Shown: positions 1 through 7,436 of the stretch, piece by piece
Layout: each line of letters begins with the position of its first letter
Position numbering within the stretch: the stretch's first letter is position 1
Virus record (IMG/VR): IMGVR_UViG_3300045988_044169
Coordinates: 1 to 29,033 of that record
Direction: 5' to 3' (one strand)
Origin: a virus
Length of the DNA stretch: 29,033 nt
Position numbers and translations under genes: made by a program
Notes under the pieces: model-generated
The model's input: the letters and a program-made list of their open reading frames with translations, nothing else
What the model was told of the DNA's origin: nothing
Databases searched by the model: none

Positions 1-55
1 CCGCCGATACCATTGACTGTGTTTGAGACCGCGTTGACACCGTTACGTACGGCAC
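1..55. repeat. 55-nt exact terminal overlap, left copy (identical to 28979..29033)
   Basis: Base-by-base identity: ccgccgataccattgactgtgtttgagaccgcgttgacaccgttacgtacggcac. Confidence 0.98.
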
Positions 56-1592
56 TGGTAATACCATTCCAAGCGTTGGAAACGAAACTCTTGACGGAAT
101 TCCACGCGTTGGACCAAGTGTTCGAGATCACGCCCATCGTCGACGAGACGACGCCGGAAACGGCGTTCAAAGCGGCCGTTATGTTTGCTTTAATACCATT
201 CCAGACCGTCGAAACAAGATTGCCTATGGCATTCCAGACGGCGTTCCAATTGCCTTGCACGCCCGCTAATACGACGGAGATGATGGCGTTGATGACGTTC
301 ATTACAGTGGAAATGATCGTCTGAATGTATGGGAAGACCGCGTTGATAACGCCTTGGATGGCGTTGGCCCACACAGTGAATTGCGTTTGCAAGACCGGAA
401 GGATAGCGTTGAATACTGCAGCCATATTATTGATGACCGGGGTGATAGTGCTTATGATGGTCGCACCAACCTGAGTGAGATTCGCAACCAGTGAACCCAA
501 TACTGGCATGAATGTTTGGAAAGCCGCGTTCAGGATCGGCATGATCGCACTGCCAAGATTCTGTAATGATTGCATGAACGGTTTCAAAGCCGGTAACAGT
601 TGACTGGTGAACACTTGACCGACTGGAACGAAGGAAGACTGGAATACGCTGCCAACCTGCTGTAAGACCGGCATTATCGACGACGTCATGCTTTTGAAAG
701 CCTGAGGTAAACCGCTGATACCCTCGGCAAGCATGCTGATGCCCTGAGTGGCGGGCCCTTTAAACGAATCCAATATTTGCATGCCGACGTTCACGACAGA
801 AGCTTCCAGATTACCCATTGCACCTTCGATGGTTTGCGTACTGGTAGCGGCTTCCTTGGCCGCATCGGTCATGCCTAAATCCATGACGGCCTTATTGAAT
901 TCCTCGGCCGTGATTTCACCTTTGGCCATCGCGTCACGGAAATCACCCGTGTATGCGCCGTTCTTCTTCATGGCTTCCTGTAGTTTGCCTGAAGCGCCCG
1001 GGATCGCATCGCTTAACTGGTTCCAGTTTTCGGTGGTGAGTTTGCCTGCACCAGCCGTTTGGGTTAACACCATGCCAACGCTTTTGAACGTGTCCGCGTT
1101 ACCGCCTGCGACCGCGTTGAGGTTACCGGCCGCTTCCGCTAGGTTCGCATAATTGTCAACGCCGTTCGCGGCTAATTGTGCGGTGGTGTTGCGAATGTCG
1201 GACAGGTTGTATACGGTTTCGTCCGCGTATTTTTGCGTACTGGCGGTAAGCTGGTTTATCGTGCTTGTGTCTAGGCCTGCGAAGTTCAGCGTGCTGGCGA
1301 ATTTTTGTGCCGAGTCGGAAGCTTCGATGATGTCGCTGCTGAGATTGCCTATGGCGTCTACGGCCATGCTGATTCCGGTGGATACGAGACCGCCGATGGT
1401 TCCTGCGATGGCGGAGAATTTGCCTAGTCCGTTGGATGATTTGTTGGAGGCCTTGTCTATGTTGTTCATAGAGTCGGAGGCTTCGCGTGCGGATGTTTCG
1501 ATTTGGTGGCTGCCGGCTTGGATGGTTTTGATGCCGTGTTCCCAGTTGCTGGTGTTGATTTCGGCGTCGAGTGTGAGTGTGGAGTCAGCCAT
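1..1592 (-). CDS. Tail tape measure protein, N-terminal part (ORF runs off the left edge and continues at 29033 across the circular junction)
   Basis: Missing from the ORF track because it is open at the window edge. Hand translation from ATG 1592 (abutting the upstream stop, TAAATG) gives MADSTLTLDAEINTSNWEHGIKTIQAGSHQIETSAREASDSMNNIDKASNKSSNGLGKFSAIAGTIGG... and stays open to base 1. The frame is continuous through the 55-bp overlap into 28522..29033, about 682 codons in total. It lies between the chaperone-position ORFs and the distal tail protein. Confidence 0.85.
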   Translation of the reverse strand, partial: MADSTLTLDAEINTSNWEHGIKTIQAGSHQIETSAREASDSMNNIDKASNKSSNGLGKFSAIAGTIGGLVSTGISMAVDAIGNLSSDIIEASDSAQKFASTLNFAGLDTSTINQLTASTQKYADETVYNLSDIRNTTAQLAANGVDNYANLAEAAGNLNAVAGGNADTFKSVGMVLTQTAGAGKLTTENWNQLSDAIPGASGKLQEAMKKNGAYTGDFRDAMAKGEITAEEFNKAVMDLGMTDAAKEAATSTQTIEGAMGNLEASVVNVGMQILDSFKGPATQGISMLAEGISGLPQAFKSMTSSIMPVLQQVGSVFQSSFVPVGQVFTSQLLPALKPFMQSLQNLGSAIMPILNAAFQTFMPVLGSLVANLTQVGATIISTITPVINNMAAVFNAILPVLQTQFTVWANAIQGVINAVFPYIQTIISTVMNVINAIISVVLAGVQGNWNAVWNAIGNLVSTVWNGIKANITAALNAVSGVVSSTMGVISNTWSNAWNSVKSFVSNAWNGITSAVRNGVNAVSNTVNGIG

Positions 1593-1922
1593 TTATTGTT
1601 CCTTTCTGAGCTCGTTTATGATGCGGCTGATTTTTTGGTCTCCGTGTTTGGTGAATGCTGCGGTCAGGCATTCGAAGGTTAGTCGGTATTGTTCGGCTTG
1701 GTGTGTTTGTCGGAGGTGGCGTCCTTCTTTGATTAGGGCGAGCATCAGGTTTGGTGTTAGTTTGTTTTCTAGTGCGTCGTGGATGGCTTCCCACCCGTAT
1801 AGGTCGCCGAGTTCGGCGAGGATGCGGATGCTGGGGGGAACGTGTTGTTTTGTTTCCTGTTGTTTGTATGTTTGCATCCGCTGTTTTTCGGCGGGGGTGA
1901 GGAGGCTGTCCCATGAGCGCAT
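1593..1922 (-). CDS. Second small ORF in the tail-assembly-chaperone position (gpT-like position), own ATG
   Basis: 109-aa ORF directly upstream of the tape measure; its stop abuts the tape measure ATG. Helical, ordinary-looking sequence. AAAGG lies about 11 nt upstream of the ATG. Called by position only. Confidence 0.55.
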   Translation of the reverse strand: MRSWDSLLTPAEKQRMQTYKQQETKQHVPPSIRILAELGDLYGWEAIHDALENKLTPNLMLALIKEGRHLRQTHQAEQYRLTFECLTAAFTKHGDQKISRIINELRKEQ

Positions 1923-1928
1923 TTATTG

Positions 1929-2279
1929 TCAGCCTTTGATGTCGAGGGTGAGGTTTTCGGCCATGAGTTTGCAGAGGGCGGTCATGGCTTGTAGGTAGGC
2001 GAGGTCGCTGCGTTGTTTGGTTTGCGTCATCCATTCGTGGAAGGCGTTGTTTGGGGTCATGAGTTCGGCGACGAGTGGGAAGATGATGTTTTCTGCGGTT
2101 TCTAGTGTTTCTTTGGTTATTTCGCCGGTGGAGAGTTTGTCGAGCGCGTCGGCGTTGTCGAGGATGGTGAGCATGTCTTTTGAGCCGAGTGGGCGCATGG
2201 TGTAGGTGATGCCGTCGATTTTGATGGTGAGTTGGCGGAATGATTTGCGGGTGTCGATGGTTAGGGTTGGTGTAGTCAT
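1929..2279 (-). CDS. Tail assembly chaperone (gpG-like position)
   Basis: 116-aa acidic ORF between the major tail protein and the tape measure. Canonical siphovirus synteny. Confidence 0.6.
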   Translation of the reverse strand: MTTPTLTIDTRKSFRQLTIKIDGITYTMRPLGSKDMLTILDNADALDKLSTGEITKETLETAENIIFPLVAELMTPNNAFHEWMTQTKQRSDLAYLQAMTALCKLMAENLTLDIKG

Positions 2280-2343
2280 TTCATGCTCCTTGGGTGTGGT
2301 ATTATTGGAGTTGGCTCCTTTATGCCATTGTGTTGACTGATTA

Positions 2344-2384
2344 GCCCATCATCGTATTGTAACGGTGGTGGGCTTTTCTGTTTT
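2344..2384 (+). terminator. Hairpin plus T-run, oriented on the plus strand (antisense to the tail operon)
   Basis: GCCCATCATCGT-attgta-ACGGTGGTGGGC followed by TTTTCTGTTTT. All 12 pairs form in plus-sense RNA (two are G-U); minus-sense RNA has two C-A mismatches. The T-run may simply reflect the local G+T-rich plus strand. Confidence 0.3.
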
Positions 2385-2386
2385 GG

Positions 2387-3259
2387 TTACTCCTGTTCGA
2401 TGGTGGGGGTGTCGTCTTCTGTGGAGAAGGTGGCGGCGGTTTGTGCGTTGATGTTGACGGTGACTTGTGCGGTACCGGATTTGAAGGCGATGGAGCTGCG
2501 GCCGGCTTTTTTGACGATGAGGGTCCAGGTTCCGTCGCCGTTGTCGGTTACGGTGGATGCTCCGGTTTCTGAGTTTTCTGCGGTGATGGTGCCGGTGGCT
2601 CCGTTCGGTAGGGCGGTTACGGCGATTTTCACTGCTTCGTTCACTTTGCAGGTGATGTTGGATGGGGTGGCGATGAGGCTGGTGATGTTGTTTGTCGACG
2701 GTTTGATGGTTCCGGTGGTTTCGTCGTAGTAGCTTGGCGTGTCGAGGTCGAGTTCGCCCATGACGACTGCGCCTTCTGGGCTGGCGGTCATGGTGCCGGT
2801 GAGGGTGACGACGAATGGGTCGCTGAGGCTGATTTTGAATTCGCCTCCGGCGCTGATGAGGGCTTGTGGGATGCGGAAGTCCTGTGCGCTGGACTGGCCG
2901 TCGCACACGTTGTGGATGATGATGTTTCGCGGCGTGTTGGAGACGCATTCGTTGCCGCCGAATCGTACTTGTCCGGTTTCGCCGAGGTCTCCGCCGATGA
3001 CGCGCTTGAATTTTGCGTTGTGGTAGAGTTCGGGGAATAGCATGCCGAGGAAGCGGACGCTAGGGCAGATGACGTTGAGTTCGAAGCTCATTTCGTCGTA
3101 GCTGCCGTTCGGTACTTTGATGGTGCCGGATTGGCTGGCGATTTCGGTGGTGCTTGGGGTGAGGGTGAGCGTGCCGACTTCATCCTGCACATAGTCGGGG
3201 GGGATGATCATGTCGTCGATGTAGATGGTTTTCTTGCCGATGAGTGGGTAGGATGCCAT
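2387..3259 (-). CDS. Major tail protein with C-terminal Ig-like (Big_2-type) extension
   Basis: 290 aa, located upstream of the chaperone pair. The Thr/Ser/Ala-rich C-terminal ~90 aa (ITCKVNEAVKIAVTALPNGATGTITAENSETGASTVTDNGDGTWTLIVKKAGRSSIAFKSG) looks like a bacterial Ig-like domain, as often appended to siphovirus tail tube proteins. Confidence 0.75.
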   Translation of the reverse strand: MASYPLIGKKTIYIDDMIIPPDYVQDEVGTLTLTPSTTEIASQSGTIKVPNGSYDEMSFELNVICPSVRFLGMLFPELYHNAKFKRVIGGDLGETGQVRFGGNECVSNTPRNIIIHNVCDGQSSAQDFRIPQALISAGGEFKISLSDPFVVTLTGTMTASPEGAVVMGELDLDTPSYYDETTGTIKPSTNNITSLIATPSNITCKVNEAVKIAVTALPNGATGTITAENSETGASTVTDNGDGTWTLIVKKAGRSSIAFKSGTAQVTVNINAQTAATFSTEDDTPTIEQE

Positions 3260-3316
3260 TTTTTTCCTTTCGGTTGGCGTGTCTGTTTGACTGTGGTGTA
3301 TTATGCCGTTTTTATT

Positions 3317-3742
3317 TTACAGTGTTGTGGGGTTGAGTTTGTAGTCGATTTGGAAGCGGATGCTTTTGACCCAGTGTCCTTCGTGGTCGATGGCGTCTAG
3401 GTCGATTGCGGTGGCTGGGTGGGTACGGATGCTTTCGTAGGTGATGTTGGTGATTGGTTGGCAGGTGAGCCGACAGTAGTGGGGGAATGTGTTGTTGATG
3501 AGGTTGAGGAGTTTGAGCATGAGTCGTCCTTGTGTGAGGACGTCTTCGTGACGGCTGCTGATGGTGATTTGGTCTGTGTAGAGGTCGCCGTTGATGTCGA
3601 CCGTGTTCGCGTTGACCCAGATGCCTTCTTGGCTGGTGACGGTGCCGGTGTCGAGGATCGGACTGGTACCGAAGAAGAGGTTTTGTCCGTAGGTGCCGTA
3701 GCCTTCGTTTTGGAGGGCTATGCATACTGCTAGGTCTATCAT
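3317..3742 (-). CDS. Tail terminator / tail completion protein (by position)
   Basis: 141-aa ORF immediately upstream of the major tail gene. Synteny only. Confidence 0.5.
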   Translation of the reverse strand: MIDLAVCIALQNEGYGTYGQNLFFGTSPILDTGTVTSQEGIWVNANTVDINGDLYTDQITISSRHEDVLTQGRLMLKLLNLINNTFPHYCRLTCQPITNITYESIRTHPATAIDLDAIDHEGHWVKSIRFQIDYKLNPTTL

Positions 3743-3751
3743 GTGTCGTCC

Positions 3752-4072
3752 TTAGAGGTTGAAGTAGGTTTTAGTGCGGGAGCTTGCGGTGCGGGCGGCT
3801 CGTTCCAGATAGCGGACGGTGTTGGGGTGGAGTCGGTTTTCGTGTTCGCGGATGCGGGCGTATGGGACTCTTCCGTTACCGAAGGTAATCTGCCAGTGGG
3901 TGTTTCCGACTTGTTGGAAGCGGCCGCTGTTGCGGAGTGCTCCGGTTTTGACCGGCGCGTTTTGGCGGGCCATGCGGAGGATGTCGGTCATCATGCGCAC
4001 GCCGCCTTTGTTGAGTTGTTTGGTGGAGAGTTTGCGCGCCCATTCGGCGGTGACTTTGAGTTGGTAGCTCAT
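3752..4072 (-). CDS. HK97 gp10-like head-tail joining protein
   Basis: 106 aa. The motif NAPVKTGALRNSG resembles the P-x-x-TG-x-LR-x-S signature of the HK97 gp10 family. 4-nt overlap with the upstream gene. Confidence 0.6.
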   Translation of the reverse strand: MSYQLKVTAEWARKLSTKQLNKGGVRMMTDILRMARQNAPVKTGALRNSGRFQQVGNTHWQITFGNGRVPYARIREHENRLHPNTVRYLERAARTASSRTKTYFNL

Positions 4073-4440
4073 AGGCTGGTCCGTCCGTAGGGGTTGCCGG
4101 TGAGGGTGATGAAAAGGGTGTTGCCGGTGTCCATGTCGTCTCCCCTGCTGGCTTTGGTGATTTGGTAGGCGCGTCCGTTATGGAGTTTGAGGATGAGGTC
4201 GGGCCATGCTTCCATGTCTTCGCGTAGTGTTTCGGGAAGGTTGTCCGGTTGGATGTGGAAACGACGGGCGGAGGTTCGACTGCCGTATTCGGCTGGCTGG
4301 TCGCTTTCTGTGGAGTGTTTGACGATTGTTTTGATGTCGGCGAGTTTAATGTTGTCAAGTCCGGGGGCCGTGTATTTCCAGAGTGAGGCTGTTTGCGCCT
4401 GTGCGGGGAATAGGGTGAACGGGTCACATTGCGGTGCCAT
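4069..4440 (-). CDS. Head closure / adaptor protein (by position)
   Basis: The track ORF 4069..4563 is trimmed to the internal ATG at 4440 (MAPQCDPFTLF...), which overlaps the end of the upstream gene. The upstream 41 codons are low-complexity translation of A+C-rich sequence. Confidence 0.5.
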   Translation of the reverse strand: MAPQCDPFTLFPAQAQTASLWKYTAPGLDNIKLADIKTIVKHSTESDQPAEYGSRTSARRFHIQPDNLPETLREDMEAWPDLILKLHNGRAYQITKASRGDDMDTGNTLFITLTGNPYGRTSL

Positions 4441-5086
4441 ATGAGTAGTCGTCTCCTGTGTGGTCTTGGATGTTTTCCCACCATGGTAGGTCGTAGTGCG
4501 GGGTTGGCATGCTGAGGAGTCCGCCGGTGTCCGGGGTAGAGAGGCAAAGTTTCCACGTGTCAAGCAGCGCCTTGTAGGGGGTAAGTGAGTGTTCGAGCGT
4601 GGTTTGGGTAGGGTTGGCGTAGGTTACTGACACGTCCTCGATACGTTTCGAAGTGATGGTGTCGGTTCGGTCCGTCATTGACTGGTCTGCTTGGATGATG
4701 GCCGTGAGGATGCCGGTGAGTGGTGCGGGGAGTCGGTTGAAGCCGTGCGTGCCGGTGATGGCTACCACCATTCCGGGCAGGTATGGTGCGGTAAGTGTTA
4801 GGCCGTTCGTGTATTTCGTTTCCGGTGTCCAGCCATCCGATTTGGCGTATTCGACGGAGTATTCGAGGCTGGTACCGTACGTGGATTTCACGTCGGTCAC
4901 TTCTGAATACCATGATGGCAGGATGACGTGTTGGCCGTCGTCGCCGACAATACCGGTCATAGTGTCCGTCGTTTCGTCGAGCCAGCTCATGCAGAGCATG
5001 GCGGTGAGGTCGGCGAGCGCGGCGTCTTTCCACGTGGTGTAGGCGGTATCGCCGACTTGGTCTCGTATGTTGTCGTCTATTATCAT
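4424..5086 (-). CDS. Head-tail connector protein (gp6-like position)
   Basis: 220-aa ORF, the first gene after the capsid/collagen-like unit and its hairpin. Synteny only. Confidence 0.5.
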   Translation of the reverse strand: MIIDDNIRDQVGDTAYTTWKDAALADLTAMLCMSWLDETTDTMTGIVGDDGQHVILPSWYSEVTDVKSTYGTSLEYSVEYAKSDGWTPETKYTNGLTLTAPYLPGMVVAITGTHGFNRLPAPLTGILTAIIQADQSMTDRTDTITSKRIEDVSVTYANPTQTTLEHSLTPYKALLDTWKLCLSTPDTGGLLSMPTPHYDLPWWENIQDHTGDDYSYGTAM

Positions 5087-5104
5087 TTTTCCTCCGGGGA
5101 ATCA

Positions 5105-5142
5105 AATAGGTCCTACCGTCAATTGTAACGGTAGGACCTATT
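5105..5142. terminator. Perfect 15-bp hairpin after the capsid and collagen-like genes
   Basis: AATAGGTCCTACCGT-caattgta-ACGGTAGGACCTATT. U-rich tail on the plus side (TTGTTGTTTATT), weaker on the minus side (TTGATT). This is the usual place for a partial terminator after capsid genes. Confidence 0.55.
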
Positions 5143-5161
5143 GTTGTTTATTGGCTAACTA

Positions 5162-5530
5162 TCAGTTGGATTTCATCAGCCCTGCGGCGATCAGAGCTCT
5201 AATCACTTCTGCCACCGATCCAGTGTCCGGGTCAACGTGATCGGCTTTGGTGATCGAGGCGGCAGGGCCGGCGGGGCCGGCAGGACCAGTAGGGCCAATA
5301 GGACCGGCAGGGCCAGTAGGACCAGTAAGGCCAATAGGACCGGCGGGGCCGGCAGGACCGGCAGGGCCAATAGGACCGGCAGGGCCAATAGGACCGGGGT
5401 CTCCCTTTGCGCCCTGACCGAAGGCCACCGGCTGTCCCTCGTCATCCACAAAGTTGATGACCTTGACCGTGTTCAGGCTGTCTTCAGGCAACGCCTTGTT
5501 GCCGAGTCGTGAGTACATTTCAGCGTTCAT
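5162..5530 (-). CDS. Collagen-like (Gly-X-Y)17 repeat protein, 122 aa
   Basis: Track ORF trimmed to ATG 5530 (GAAGG lies 7 nt upstream; 11-nt overlap with the capsid gene stop). Sequence: [12 protein letters not shown]...[60 protein letters not shown]..., 17 uninterrupted G-X-Y triplets. Confidence 0.8.
   Translation of the reverse strand: MNAEMYSRLGNKALPEDSLNTVKVINFVDDEGQPVAFGQGAKGDPGPIGPAGPIGPAGPAGPAGPIGLTGPTGPAGPIGPTGPAGPAGPAASITKADHVDPDTGSVAEVIRALIAAGLMKSN
5261..5413. repeat. Tandem 9-nt-unit DNA repeat encoding the Gly-X-Y tract
   Basis: Reiterated ggaccggcagggccaatagg-type units are visible in the sequence. Confidence 0.85.
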
Positions 5531-7343
5531 TATTGGCCTTCGGTTTGATGACGACTGCGGACTTCTCCGCGTCCAGACCGCCACCTGCGTAGATTTCCTG
5601 CAGGTATTCGTTGGTGTTGGTCTGGAGGGCGAAATTCGTGAAGGATTCAACGGAAGTGTCGCCGACGAGCGAATAGTGGGATGCGCTCAGGACCACGCCG
5701 GCCACCGTCTTGTCGTCTTCCGTGGTCCACCATTCCGGGGTGATGATCTGGGAGACGCCGAGAGCGCGGGCGAGGGTATCGTCACCGCCGAGGGCGATAT
5801 AAGAGTCACCGTTCGCGTTTGCGGACATGAGCAGGTCGGCTACCGTGTCCGCATTACAGACGAGGACCTTGTTGCCCTGTGCGCGGACCATATGGGATGC
5901 GCGTACGAAGCCCATCAGCGGCGTTTCCTCGGTGATGGTATGGGTGAGGGCGAACTTGTTGCCGGCCCACTCGGAGGACCTGTCGACCGCGTCGGTGGTG
6001 ATGGAACGGAAATGGGCCATGTCATCGTAGCCTCCGAGCACGACCTGACGTTCGATGGTCTGGATGATGTAGTTCGGCAGTTCGGACAGGATGTAGCGGA
6101 GGAGAGCACCCGGCTTCTGCGTACGACGGATATCACCCTTATTCAGGGTGATGTATTTATAGGTGAAATCCGCGGTCAGTTCGCGCTTCACGAAGGACGG
6201 TGCCTGTTCCTTCTTCTTGGTGCCGTAAGAGCTGACCGGGTATCCGTGTGCGCGGGTTTCGTTATTGAGGCCGAGGACGTTGCCGCCGATGGTGAGCCTG
6301 TCCATGCCGGTCTTGCGAAACAGGTTCCACAGGCCGGAGCCGCGCGTGTTCAAGGAGTCGCTGATGGCGGTGATGGCTTCGGTCGGGATGAACTTGTCCA
6401 CGTTGGTCTTGTCTACGCCAAAGGAGGCGGTGTCGGCCATGTTGCGGGACACGGTGTCGGCCCATCCCTTATGGAATGCTTCAACGCCCTTGTTGTCGTT
6501 GTCGATGAGGGTGCGTTCGAAGGCGGCCATGGCGTCCGGGGAGTCTATCCACGTCTTGCGGTCGTGACCGAAGGAGACGATACCGGACTGTCTGGCCGTC
6601 CGGTTGCTCTTGTTGACGATGACGAGCGGGCGCTTGTTTGCGGACTGGACCGGCTCTTCCGGTGCGTGGGTCTGCTGTGCGTCGTCCGGCATGGCGTCGG
6701 TCTGAGCGTTTACGGCTTCGGTGATGTCGTCGACTGCATCGGACATGATGTCAGTGATGGAAGAGGTTAGGTTGGTGGCCTCGTCCGGGGAGAGTTTAAA
6801 CTCTGCAACGGTCCGTGCCAGCTTCTTCATGAGTTCCGGGTTCATGTTGTCTCCATTTCTTTTGTTGATTGCCGTGAAGGCTGCTCGTTGGTCGGCTCCA
6901 CGATAGACGACGCTGATTTCCACCAGTTCGCTGTCGTGGATGATGCCGTCCGTGCTTGGCTTTTTGGAAAATTCGACGGTGATGCTGAAACTGTTTGTCA
7001 GGCATCCGTCTGCGGCGAGTTGGCGGACGCGTTCGCCGTTATCGACTTCGCTGAGCTTTGCCTCGGCCATGAGTCCGGCATCGGTCATCCATAGGCGGGT
7101 GATGACGCCTGCTTGGGCGTTGATGCTTGGCTCGTGGTCGATTAGGAGTGGCAGCGTTAGCCGGTCGGATTCCGTGAGCTCGTTCACGAGTTTCAGACTG
7201 CCGTCGATGAGCGGCGCTTTGAGTGTGGATAGGTCCACGGTGAGGCCGTCGCACATTGGCTTGCCACTGTTGGCGAGGAATGTAAGGGTGCGGCCTTTTG
7301 TTTCAACAGCACCGCTATGTGTGAGACTCTTGCGAATCTTCAA
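5520..7343 (-). CDS. Prohead protease (HK97 U35/S78-type) fused to the major capsid protein, TTG start
   Basis: 607 aa. The N-terminal ~160 aa carry protease-like motifs: [48 protein letters not shown] charged linker follows, then a ~350-aa C-terminal region of capsid size. No separate capsid or protease ORF exists between portal and connectors. TTG start at 7343 with AAAGGA 7 nt upstream. Confidence 0.75.
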   Translation of the reverse strand: MKIRKSLTHSGAVETKGRTLTFLANSGKPMCDGLTVDLSTLKAPLIDGSLKLVNELTESDRLTLPLLIDHEPSINAQAGVITRLWMTDAGLMAEAKLSEVDNGERVRQLAADGCLTNSFSITVEFSKKPSTDGIIHDSELVEISVVYRGADQRAAFTAINKRNGDNMNPELMKKLARTVAEFKLSPDEATNLTSSITDIMSDAVDDITEAVNAQTDAMPDDAQQTHAPEEPVQSANKRPLVIVNKSNRTARQSGIVSFGHDRKTWIDSPDAMAAFERTLIDNDNKGVEAFHKGWADTVSRNMADTASFGVDKTNVDKFIPTEAITAISDSLNTRGSGLWNLFRKTGMDRLTIGGNVLGLNNETRAHGYPVSSYGTKKKEQAPSFVKRELTADFTYKYITLNKGDIRRTQKPGALLRYILSELPNYIIQTIERQVVLGGYDDMAHFRSITTDAVDRSSEWAGNKFALTHTITEETPLMGFVRASHMVRAQGNKVLVCNADTVADLLMSANANGDSYIALGGDDTLARALGVSQIITPEWWTTEDDKTVAGVVLSASHYSLVGDTSVESFTNFALQTNTNEYLQEIYAGGGLDAEKSAVVIKPKANNER

Positions 7344-7370
7344 GTCGTATCCTTTCGGATTGGTGTGGTG

Positions 7371-7411
7371 GTGCTCGTCAGGACTCCGGTTGACGGCGTC
7401 TTGACGAGCAC
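7371..7411. other. 10-bp inverted repeat between the portal and capsid genes
   Basis: GTGCTCGTCA-N21-TGACGAGCAC in the 93-nt intergenic gap. Confidence 0.5.
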
Positions 7412-7436
7412 TATGATATCACGGCGTCATGTTCGG

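Noticed and set aside
1-55. The 55-bp exact direct terminal repeat (1-55 = 28979-29033) as a biological DTR or cos-type end.
   Set aside because: It lies in the middle of the tape measure ORF, which reads in frame across it. An exact 55-nt overlap is what a k=55 assembler leaves on a circular or circularly permuted contig. I treat it as a closure artefact; the true unit length is about 28,978 bp.
1585-2034. The -1 frame ORF as the frameshift extension of the tail chaperone.
   Set aside because: Its translation is Pro/Arg/His/Thr low-complexity sequence. The credible second chaperone-position ORF is in the zero frame, behind two stop codons.
3876-4556. 226-aa minus-strand ORF overlapping the connector genes. 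Similar off-frame ORFs lie at 2349-2948, 3312-3725, 8887-9435, 9754-10398 and 10423-10908.
   Set aside because: The products are His/Arg/Pro/Thr/Gln low-complexity sequence. These are off-frame translations of the A+C-rich sense strand, where stop codons (which all need T) are rare.
5454-6770. 438-aa plus-strand ORF antisense to the protease-capsid gene.
   Set aside because: This is a Gly/Val/Asp/Arg-rich shadow ORF in the codon-complement frame of a gene with clear protease motifs and capsid synteny. It has no RBS or module context.
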